From NCBI GenBank assembly GCA_900548225.1, contig URJM01000002.1:4848-68847 (forward strand): a DNA stretch of 64,000 bases. Reading direction: 5' to 3'. A model generated the notes under the pieces. That model was not told the DNA's origin, ran no database searches, and worked only from the letters and a program-made list of their open reading frames with translations. The stretch comes from an uncultured bacterium. Lineage in GTDB: Bacteria; Verrucomicrobiota; Lentisphaeria; Oligosphaerales; Oligosphaeraceae. Shown here piece after piece: positions 56,222 through 64,000 of this stretch. Every line of letters begins with the position of its first letter. The stretch's first letter is position 1. Both the position numbers and the translations under genes were made by a program.

Positions 56222-57115
56222 ATGAACTACGACAAGAACGGCGCCCTCCTGGGCACGTCAATCCCCGAACTTTCCGCCCCCAAGTCCGGCAAGGTCCGCG
56301 ATGTCTATGACCTGGGCGACAGCATCCTCTTCGTCGCCACGGACCGCATCAGCGCCTTCGACTGCATCATGCCGAATGGCATCCCGGGCAAGGGAAGAGT
56401 CCTTACTCAGCTCAGCCTCAACTGGTTCCGCATCCTCAAGGGAATCGGGAACCACCTCGTCACCGCAGATGTGACAAAATATCCCGAAGTCCTCCAAAAG
56501 TACGCGAAGGACCTGGATGGGCGCTCCATGCTCGTCAAAAAGCTGAAGATGCTCCCCGTGGAATGCATCGTCAGGGGATATCTGACCGGCTCCGGATACA
56601 GCAGCTATGTCAAAGGCGGCGAGGTCTGCGGAATCCCCCTGAGAAAGGGATATGTGAATGCAGACAGGCTCGACGAGCCAATCTTCACTCCCACCACAAA
56701 GGAGGAGTCGGGGCACGACATGGCCATCACCATCGATGAATTGAAGAAGGTGATCGGGGAGGAATTGGCGGACAAGCTCGCCAAGGCGTCCATCGACCTC
56801 TATCTCCAGGCCGCGGACTACGCACGGGCCAGGGGAATCATCATCGCCGACACAAAATTCGAGTTCGGCCTGGACGAGGAGGGCAACCTTGTCCTGGCGG
56901 ACGAGGTGCTTACGCCAGACTCAAGCCGGTTCTGGCCACAGGAGTCATACGCCCCGGGAAAGAACCCGCCGAGCCTCGACAAGCAGTTTGTCAGGGACTA
57001 CCTGGATTCCATCAGCTTCAACCACCAGCCGCCAGCCCCGGAGCTTCCCCCCGAAATCGTCCGGAAAACCGCCGAGAAGTACGAGGAGGCGCTCTCGCTC
57101 CTCTCCCATTCCTAG
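56222..57115 (+). CDS. purC: phosphoribosylaminoimidazole-succinocarboxamide synthase
   Basis: SAICAR synthetase hallmark GKVRDVYD...LFVATDRISAFD. Confidence 0.95.
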   Translation: MNYDKNGALLGTSIPELSAPKSGKVRDVYDLGDSILFVATDRISAFDCIMPNGIPGKGRVLTQLSLNWFRILKGIGNHLVTADVTKYPEVLQKYAKDLDGRSMLVKKLKMLPVECIVRGYLTGSGYSSYVKGGEVCGIPLRKGYVNADRLDEPIFTPTTKEESGHDMAITIDELKKVIGEELADKLAKASIDLYLQAADYARARGIIIADTKFEFGLDEEGNLVLADEVLTPDSSRFWPQESYAPGKNPPSLDKQFVRDYLDSISFNHQPPAPELPPEIVRKTAEKYEEALSLLSHS

Positions 57116-57205
57116 GGGAAAGGAAACACCGGCCAGCTCTTCACTCCCTGCCAACGCCGCAAGCGCCGGCGAAGGCGGGGCAACCCCCAACTCCAAAATC
57201 TCCCA

Positions 57206-58645
57206 ATGCCTCTCATGACAGATTTCTACCAGAGTCCATTTTCGGTGCGTTATGCTAGTCGTGAGATGCAGCGCATCTTCTCCGAGCGCAACAAGTTCAC
57301 CACGTGGCGTCGTCTGTGGGTGGCGTTGGCGGAGTCGGAGCAGTCCCTGGGGCTCCCCATTTCCGACGAGCAGCTGGACGAGCTGCGTGCCCATGTGGAG
57401 GATGTGAACTTCGAGGTTGCCGAGGCCCGGGAGAAGATTGTCCGCCACGATGTGATGAGCCACGTCTATGCGTATGGGGAGCAGTGCCCGAAGGCGAAGG
57501 GCATCATCCACCTTGGGGCGACATCATGCTACGTGGGGGACAACACCGACCTCATCGTCATGCGCGAGGCGCTGCGCCTTCTCCGTGGCAAGCTTGTGAC
57601 CGTCGTCGGCAACCTTGCAGGTTTTGCGGAGAAGCATGCCGGGATGCCGACCCTGGCCTTTACACACTTCCAGCCGGCACAGCCCACCACGGTCGGCAAG
57701 CGCGCCACCCTTTGGCTCCAGGATGTGATGAGCGACATCGAAGACCTGGACTATGTCCTGGGAGGGCTGAAGCTCCTGGGCAGCAAGGGAACCACGGGCA
57801 CCCAGGCAAGCTTCCTAGAGCTCTTCAACGGGGACCACGAAAAGTGCCGCAGGCTCGACGCGATGATTGCGGAAAAGATGGGGTTCCCTGGATGCTATGC
57901 GGTGTCGGGGCAGACATATTCGCGGAAGATCGACTCGCGAATCCTGAATGTCCTCTCCGGAATCGCGCAGACTGCCACCAAGTTCTCCAACGACATACGC
58001 CTCCTCCAGCATCTCAAGGAGGTGGAGGAGCCCTTTGAAAAGTCGCAGATTGGCTCCTCGGCGATGGCGTACAAGCGAAACCCCATGCGCAGCGAACGCA
58101 TTGCGTCCATTGCGAGGTTCGTGATCTGCGACGCATTGAACCCCGCAATCACCGCCGCGACGCAGTGGTTCGAAAGAACCCTTGACGACTCCGCGAACAA
58201 GCGGATTGCGATGGCGGAGGGATTCCTTGCCATCGACGGCATCCTCGACCTCTTCGCAAATGTCTCGAATGGCCTCGTGGTCTACCCGAATGTCATTGCA
58301 AAGCACCTCGCCGCCGAATTGCCGTTCATGGCCTCCGAAAACATCATGATGGACGCTGTGAAGGCCGGCGGCGACCGCCAGGAACTCCACGAGGTCATCC
58401 GCGCAAATGCCCAGGCGGCAGCGGCGCATGTCAAACTCGACGGCGGCGAGAACGACCTCCTGGAACGCCTGGCGGAAGACCCGCATTTTGCGGGAATGAA
58501 CCTGGACCTTGCGGAGACCCTCCGCGCCGAAAAATACGTGGGACGGGCTCCCGAACAGGTGAAGGAGTACCTCGCCGAGGAGGTGAAGCCCTTCCTGGAG
58601 GCAAACGCCGCCTCCGCAGTCGCCGGCAACGCCGTCCAAATCTAG
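57206..58645 (+). CDS. purB: adenylosuccinate lyase
   Basis: Fumarate-lyase family with PurB-specific N- and C-termini. Confidence 0.95.
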   Translation: MPLMTDFYQSPFSVRYASREMQRIFSERNKFTTWRRLWVALAESEQSLGLPISDEQLDELRAHVEDVNFEVAEAREKIVRHDVMSHVYAYGEQCPKAKGIIHLGATSCYVGDNTDLIVMREALRLLRGKLVTVVGNLAGFAEKHAGMPTLAFTHFQPAQPTTVGKRATLWLQDVMSDIEDLDYVLGGLKLLGSKGTTGTQASFLELFNGDHEKCRRLDAMIAEKMGFPGCYAVSGQTYSRKIDSRILNVLSGIAQTATKFSNDIRLLQHLKEVEEPFEKSQIGSSAMAYKRNPMRSERIASIARFVICDALNPAITAATQWFERTLDDSANKRIAMAEGFLAIDGILDLFANVSNGLVVYPNVIAKHLAAELPFMASENIMMDAVKAGGDRQELHEVIRANAQAAAAHVKLDGGENDLLERLAEDPHFAGMNLDLAETLRAEKYVGRAPEQVKEYLAEEVKPFLEANAASAVAGNAVQI

Positions 58646-58728
58646 CGTCCCGCCCGGGCGGAACGCCCCGCACCTCCGCACCTCCCCCCAAAAAAACAAC
58701 AGCACTCCGTTTTTTTCTCCAAATCCAA

Positions 58729-60279
58729 ATGTCCGCATACAAGGAAGAGACAATTGTCGTATTGGATTTCGGTTCGCAGTATAGCCAGCTGATTGCCCGC
58801 CGCATCCGCGAGTGCCACGTCTTCAGCCAGGTCATTCCCTGCAATACCTCGGCGGCGGAGCTGGCGTCGTTGCAGCCGAAGGGCATCATCCTTTCGGGCG
58901 GGCCCGCCAGCGTCTACGATGAGGGAGCCCCCCAGCTCGACCCCGAAATCCTCAATCTGGGGATTCCAGTGCTGGGCATCTGCTATGGAATGCAAATCCT
59001 CGTCAAGAACCTGGGCGGCACGGTCTCCTCCGCTCCCGAACGGGAATACGGCCGGGCACAGCTCCACATCCAGAAGCAGGGCGAGCTCTTCGCGGGAATG
59101 GACCCGGAGCAGACGGTCTGGATGTCCCACGGCGACAAGGTGACCATGGAGCCCTCCTCAATCGAAACCCTGGCCGTCACAAGGAACTGCGAATTCGCCG
59201 CCTGCCAGCTGAAGGGCAGGGCGCTCTACGGAATCCAGTTCCATCCTGAGGTTGTCCACTCCCCCAATGGCATCCAGATTATCCGCAACTTCTGCCTGAA
59301 AATCTGCGGATGCAGGGGGCTCTGGAATATGTCGTCCTTCATTGAAGACGCGGTGAAGAGGATACGCGAGACCGTCGGTGAGGAGAAGGTGATCCTTGGG
59401 CTCTCCGGCGGCGTGGATTCCAGCGTAGCCGCCGCACTCCTCCACAAGGCAATCGGACGCCAGCTCACCTGCATCTTCGTCAACAACGGTCTCCTCCGCA
59501 AAAACGAGGCGGAAAGGGTCAGGGAACTCTTTGGACGCAATTTCCAGATGAATCTCCACTACGTCGACGCGACGGACAGGTTCCTCGGAAAGCTCGCGGG
59601 AGTCGAGGAGCCCGAGGCAAAACGGCACATCATCGGAAAGGAGTTTGTCGAAGTCTTCGCCGATGCGGCCCGCAGCATCGAGGGCGCCACGTTCCTGGCA
59701 CAGGGAACCACCTATCCCGATGTCATCGAGTCAATGCCAATCAACGGAAATCCCGCCGCAATGATCAAGAGCCACCACAATGTCGGCGGCCTCCCGAAAG
59801 ACCTCAAGTTCAAACTCCTCGAACCGCTCAACCAACTCTTCAAGGATGAGGTCAGGGAGGTGGGACGAACCCTCGGACTCCCGGACGAGGTGATTCTGAG
59901 GCAGCCGTTCCCAGGGCCGGGACTCGGAGTCAGGCACCTCGGCGCAGTGACACGGCATACGCTCGACCTGCTGAGGGACGCGGACGCAATCTTCGTGGAG
60001 GAGGTCAAGGCGGCCGGACTCTACTACAAGCTCTGGCAGGCATTCTGCGTCTTCCTCCCCGTGCGCACGGTGGGAGTAATGGGAGACCAGCGCACCTACG
60101 ACTATGTCGTCGCCCTCCGCGTGGTGGAATCCCAGGACGGCATGACCGCCGACTGGGTGAATCTCCCGGACGCGCTCCTCAGGAGGGTCTCGAACCGCAT
60201 TATCAACGAAGTCCGCGGAATCAACCGCGTCGTGCTGGACATCACTTCGAAGCCGCCAAGCACGATTGAATGGGAGTAG
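58729..60279 (+). CDS. guaA: GMP synthase (glutamine-hydrolysing)
   Basis: GATase-1 domain plus ATP-pyrophosphatase domain (SGGVDSSV). Ends ...TIEWE. Confidence 0.95.
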   Translation: MSAYKEETIVVLDFGSQYSQLIARRIRECHVFSQVIPCNTSAAELASLQPKGIILSGGPASVYDEGAPQLDPEILNLGIPVLGICYGMQILVKNLGGTVSSAPEREYGRAQLHIQKQGELFAGMDPEQTVWMSHGDKVTMEPSSIETLAVTRNCEFAACQLKGRALYGIQFHPEVVHSPNGIQIIRNFCLKICGCRGLWNMSSFIEDAVKRIRETVGEEKVILGLSGGVDSSVAAALLHKAIGRQLTCIFVNNGLLRKNEAERVRELFGRNFQMNLHYVDATDRFLGKLAGVEEPEAKRHIIGKEFVEVFADAARSIEGATFLAQGTTYPDVIESMPINGNPAAMIKSHHNVGGLPKDLKFKLLEPLNQLFKDEVREVGRTLGLPDEVILRQPFPGPGLGVRHLGAVTRHTLDLLRDADAIFVEEVKAAGLYYKLWQAFCVFLPVRTVGVMGDQRTYDYVVALRVVESQDGMTADWVNLPDALLRRVSNRIINEVRGINRVVLDITSKPPSTIEWE

Positions 60280-60300
60280 CCGCGGAAATCCCCTACCACC

Positions 60301-60954
60301 GTGTCGAATCAATCCGTCACAATTCTTGACTACGGCGCCGGCAACCTGACAAGCGTCCGCCTGGCGTGCGAACGCTTCGGTGTCGCCCCCGTCATGGCGA
60401 CATGCGCCGAGGAGGCACTGCCCGCGGGCTCCATTATCTTCCCCGGAGACGGGTCTGCCGGAAGCGCCATGGAACAGGTGCGCTCACGGGGATATGACAG
60501 GCTCCTGGAAAAGGCGGTGGCCGATGGACGGCCAGTCCTGGGCATCTGCATCGGAATGCAGCTGCTCTTCGACTGGAGCGACGAGGACGGAGGCGTACCC
60601 GCCCTGGGGCTCCTGCCCGGAAGGGTGCGCCGCTTCGACTTCCCAAACCACCCCGAACTCAAAATCCCCGAAATGGGATGGAATGCAGTCCACTTTGACG
60701 AAACCCACCCGCTCTTCAGGGGAATCCCGCAGGACACGCCGTTCTACTTCGTGCACTCGTACTACTGCGCCCCCGACAGCAGCCCCCTCGTCCTCGGAAC
60801 CACCGAATACGGCGGAATGGAGTTCTGCTCCGCCGCAATCAGGGGATCGCTCGCCGCAACGCAGTTCCACCCCGAACGCTCAGGCGAGTTCGGATTGAGG
60901 CTCTTCAGGAATTTCCTCGAATGGGACGGAAAGGGAGGAACGGCAGGATGCTGA
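60301..60954 (+). CDS. hisH: imidazole glycerol phosphate synthase, glutaminase subunit
   Basis: GTG start. Class-I GATase catalytic triad region GICIGMQLL...HPE. Confidence 0.9.
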   Translation: MSNQSVTILDYGAGNLTSVRLACERFGVAPVMATCAEEALPAGSIIFPGDGSAGSAMEQVRSRGYDRLLEKAVADGRPVLGICIGMQLLFDWSDEDGGVPALGLLPGRVRRFDFPNHPELKIPEMGWNAVHFDETHPLFRGIPQDTPFYFVHSYYCAPDSSPLVLGTTEYGGMEFCSAAIRGSLAATQFHPERSGEFGLRLFRNFLEWDGKGGTAGC

Positions 60955-61721
60955 TGAAACGGGTGATCGTATGCCTCGATGTGAAGAACCGGCGCGTCAC
61001 AAAGGGCGTCAGGTTCAAGAACAACGTGGACGTGGGGGATGTGGTCTCCCTGGCGGATAAATACTGCCGCGAAGGGGCGGACGAACTGGTCTTCTACGAC
61101 ATCATGGCCTCCGCGGAACAGCGGCCAATCGACCTGGAGATGGTGGCCTCCGCCGCAAGAAAGGTCTTCATCCCGTTCTGCGTGGGCGGCGGCATCCGCT
61201 CGTCAAAGGACATGAGGGAGGCACTGCTGGCCGGGGCGGACAAGGTCTCCCTCAATTCACTGGCAGTCCAACAGCCATCCATCCTCACGGAAAGCGCAAA
61301 CGCCTTCGGACGCCAGTGCGTCGTCCTGGGGCTGGACGCAAAGCGCGTCGCCCCCTCCTCCGAGTTTCCCTCCGGCTACCAGGTATTCATCAACGGATAC
61401 CGCACGCCCACCTCCTGGGATGTGGTGGAGTGGGCAAAACACGCGGTGGAACTGGGTGCAGGGGAAATCTGCCTCAACGCCATCGACACGGACGGAGTCC
61501 GGAACGGCTACGAGCTGGAAATCACGCGCAAGGTGGCTGACGCGGTCAGCGTCCCCGTAATCGCATCCGGCGGCGCGGGGACCGTCCAGCATCTCATCGA
61601 CGCATTCGTGGAAGGACATGCCGACGCTGCGCTCATCGCGTCAATGGTCCATACGGATGGCTTTACCTGTGACGGCATAAAGGCCGAAATCCGCAAACGC
61701 ACTACATTACCCCTCCGCTGA
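60948..61721 (+). CDS. hisF: imidazole glycerol phosphate synthase, cyclase subunit
   Basis: RBS AAGGGAGG. The ATG at 60948 overlaps the hisH stop. HisF hallmark RVIVCLDV...VGGGIRS. Confidence 0.9.
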   Translation: MLMKRVIVCLDVKNRRVTKGVRFKNNVDVGDVVSLADKYCREGADELVFYDIMASAEQRPIDLEMVASAARKVFIPFCVGGGIRSSKDMREALLAGADKVSLNSLAVQQPSILTESANAFGRQCVVLGLDAKRVAPSSEFPSGYQVFINGYRTPTSWDVVEWAKHAVELGAGEICLNAIDTDGVRNGYELEITRKVADAVSVPVIASGGAGTVQHLIDAFVEGHADAALIASMVHTDGFTCDGIKAEIRKRTTLPLR

Positions 61722-61765
61722 ATAATTCTCGGGGCGAACCTTTTTTCAGGAGCATTTCATAAATC

Positions 61766-63052
61766 ATGTCAACGGTTGTAGTAGTAGGAACCCAGTGGGG
61801 GGATGAAGGCAAGGGCAAGGTCGTGGACTTTCTGGCGTCCCAGGCGGACGTGGTGGCGCGATACCAGGGCGGCAGCAACGCGGGGCATACCGTGATGGCT
61901 GACGGACATGTCTTCAAACTGCATCTCCTCCCGTCGGGGATCCTCTATAAGGGATGCATTTGCATCATCGGGAACGACGTGGTCCTCGACCCGGTCTGCC
62001 TCCTCCAGGAAATCAGGGAGCTGGAAGCGGCCGGCGGCTCCGTCGAGGGATTGCGCATCTCAAACCGCGCACATGTGGTCATGCCATATCACAAGGTCTT
62101 CGACGCACTCCAGGAGAAGTTCAAGGGGGACGGCAAGAAGGTGGGCACCACCGGACGCGGAATCGGACCATGCTACGCCGACGCGGCTGACCGAATCGGC
62201 ATCCGGGTCGTCTCATGGATGGATCGCGACGCATTCGCCGAGGAGCTGAAGTCGGTCCTCGAATGCAAGAACCGAATCCTCCAGGCCTTCGGGGAAAAGC
62301 CACTCGATTTCAAGGAAATCTACGAGGAATACTGCGGCTACGCCGACCAGCTCCGCAAGTATGTCTGCGATACAGGCGCATTGGTCTCGCAGTTGATTGC
62401 CGAAGACAAGAAGGTGCTCTTCGAGGGCGCACAGGCCGCGATGCTGGATCTCTCACACGGCACATACCCGTTTGTGACCAGCTCCCATCCCACCGCGGGA
62501 GCAGTCTGCGTCGGACTCGGAATCGGGCCAAAGCATATCCACAAGGTGGTGGGTGTGGTGAAGGCATACGCCACACGGGTCGGCGAAGGACCTTTCCCAA
62601 CTGAATTGACAGACGAGACAGGAAACAGAATCCGCGAAATCGCACATGAATACGGCGCGACGACTGGACGGCCAAGACGGTGCGGATGGCTGGACCTGGC
62701 TGTCATCAAATACGCAGTCCAATTGAACGGGCTCGACTGCATCGCACTCACAAGGCTCGATATCCTGGATTCCTTCGATGAAATCAAAATCTGCACGGGA
62801 TACAGGCACAATGGGCAAATGCTCAGGGAATTCCCCGCAAGCCTCAAAGTCCTCGCAGATGTCGAGCCTGTCTACGAGACGCTCCCCGGATGGAAGGCCG
62901 ATACGACTATGTGCAGACGCTTCGAGGAACTCCCTGAAAAGTGCCGGGAATATGTGGAACGAATCGGAGAAGTGGCCGGGGCCAGGGTCGGTATCATCTC
63001 CGTGGGACCCGAAAGGGACCACACAATCGTCCGCGAGAAAATGTTCCAGTAG
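61766..63052 (+). CDS. purA: adenylosuccinate synthetase
   Basis: GTQWGDEGKGK P-loop and GGSNAGHTV motif. Confidence 0.97.
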   Translation: MSTVVVVGTQWGDEGKGKVVDFLASQADVVARYQGGSNAGHTVMADGHVFKLHLLPSGILYKGCICIIGNDVVLDPVCLLQEIRELEAAGGSVEGLRISNRAHVVMPYHKVFDALQEKFKGDGKKVGTTGRGIGPCYADAADRIGIRVVSWMDRDAFAEELKSVLECKNRILQAFGEKPLDFKEIYEEYCGYADQLRKYVCDTGALVSQLIAEDKKVLFEGAQAAMLDLSHGTYPFVTSSHPTAGAVCVGLGIGPKHIHKVVGVVKAYATRVGEGPFPTELTDETGNRIREIAHEYGATTGRPRRCGWLDLAVIKYAVQLNGLDCIALTRLDILDSFDEIKICTGYRHNGQMLREFPASLKVLADVEPVYETLPGWKADTTMCRRFEELPEKCREYVERIGEVAGARVGIISVGPERDHTIVREKMFQ

Positions 63053-63155
63053 AGGCAAGGGGAGGCGAACCCCATAGCGGTGGCATGATATCAGCCGTGG
63101 GATGGAGCGAATGCGCAACCCACGGCGGCCACCCGGCGAAGGCGGGTTGGTTCCC

Positions 63156-63938
63156 CTATTCCGCCTCCTTGTGCAACAAGGCGCCGTAGGCAAGACTCTG
63201 GAAATCCCCTGATGTCAATGCGGCGGCAGCATGGCGGGGACGCAACTGGACGACCTTGAGACGCGCCAGAACCTGCCCGTCACGCCTAAGGGTGAACTCC
63301 TGACCCAGACGAATGCCATGCAGGGATCCCTGGTCCAATATCGCAATCTGGGTCACATTGTCTAGACGCAATATCGCACAACTCCCCGAGGACGCCTCCG
63401 CGTCGGGGGTCGATGCCAGGCCAATCTCCGACAACGCCGCCTCAAGGGACTCCCTAAATGCCGCCAGGGACTTTTCCACAGGCTCACGCAATGCCTGGGA
63501 TGCCCCGGACGCATCCAGCGCCGCGACAATGGTGTCCTCCAGCGCCGCCCCGATCTTCTCGACCTCACGAAGACGCGCCAGGCAGTGCCCAAGCAATTCG
63601 ACCATCCTGGCCGCATCCCCCTCCCCAAGTTCGCCATTCTCAGCCCCTTTAATGAGATGAATGGCGGCCAAGTCTAATTCTGTCTGGGATTGTGCATTTT
63701 TGTCGTTTTCTAATAGCAGGGTCGCATATTGCTTCCTCAAGGACGCCAGCTCCCGCTCCAACGACGCCTTCTCACGTTCAAGCTGCAACTTCTCCTCCTG
63801 AAACTGGACGTGCAGTTCCCGGGCCTCCGTGAGACGCTGCCGCAAGGACTCCACTTCCGATTCTTCCTGCCCATGCACACCGGGCAGAAACGCCAGGAAG
63901 ACCAATAGTAAAAATGCACTCAGTGGTAAATGATACAT
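63156..63938 (-). CDS. hypothetical secreted coiled-coil protein
   Basis: Internal ATG gives the signal peptide MYHLPLSAFLLLVFLAFLPGVHG. The N-terminal half is coiled-coil-like. Confidence 0.55.
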   Translation of the reverse strand: MYHLPLSAFLLLVFLAFLPGVHGQEESEVESLRQRLTEARELHVQFQEEKLQLEREKASLERELASLRKQYATLLLENDKNAQSQTELDLAAIHLIKGAENGELGEGDAARMVELLGHCLARLREVEKIGAALEDTIVAALDASGASQALREPVEKSLAAFRESLEAALSEIGLASTPDAEASSGSCAILRLDNVTQIAILDQGSLHGIRLGQEFTLRRDGQVLARLKVVQLRPRHAAAALTSGDFQSLAYGALLHKEAE

Positions 63939-64000
63939 GCAAAAATCCAGCTGCCGATGACCCCATAATGTAAACGCCATGGACAAAGCGACCTCGAATC

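Overview
High-GC (about 60%) bacterial chromosomal segment, fairly gene-dense, with roughly 50 protein genes, 3 tRNAs, an RNase P RNA and several repeat arrays. Gene content and the order rpsL-rpsG-(EF-G-like)-rpsJ without tuf suggest a PVC-superphylum-like organism (Verrucomicrobia/Lentisphaerae/Chlamydiae relatives); this is inference only. Left third, all on the minus strand: a secreted protein (runs off the window start), a Bax1-like nuclease overlapping an XPB-like SF2 helicase, a tripartite hybrid sensor kinase, PTS enzyme I, rnpB, a tandem-repeat array, tRNA-Val, a coiled-coil/small-protein pair and a GH78-like glycosidase. Next comes an orphan AbiEi-like antitoxin island bracketed by 25-bp direct repeats. 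Centre: a Na+/H+ antiporter fused to a PTS EIIA(Ntr)-type domain, a korD-korA-kor(beta-gamma) 2-oxoacid:ferredoxin oxidoreductase operon, an amidohydrolase, tlyA, prfC, uvrA, a GH94 phosphorylase, and a str/S10 ribosomal block that ends abruptly after rpsS in a terminator plus dispersed repeat arrays. Right third: tRNA-Thr, a cluster of large secreted proteins (dockerin-like repeat protein, a 1521-aa cadherin-repeat protein, an OMP beta-barrel, a PD40/cadherin protein), a GT2/exonuclease/Mur-ligase trio, tRNA-Met, a second amidohydrolase, an ArfB-like factor, and the housekeeping genes proA, purC, purB, guaA, hisH, hisF and purA. The ORF track treats alternative start codons (TTG/GTG) as M, which I confirmed at several sites, so several starts were moved to internal ATG/GTG codons with better N-termini or RBS. 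No cas genes, integrases or transposases were seen. The strongest candidate for something undescribed is the helicase-nuclease pair embedded in a phosphorelay/PTS gene string; the repeat arrays, the orphan AbiEi island and the surface-protein cluster are the other leads.
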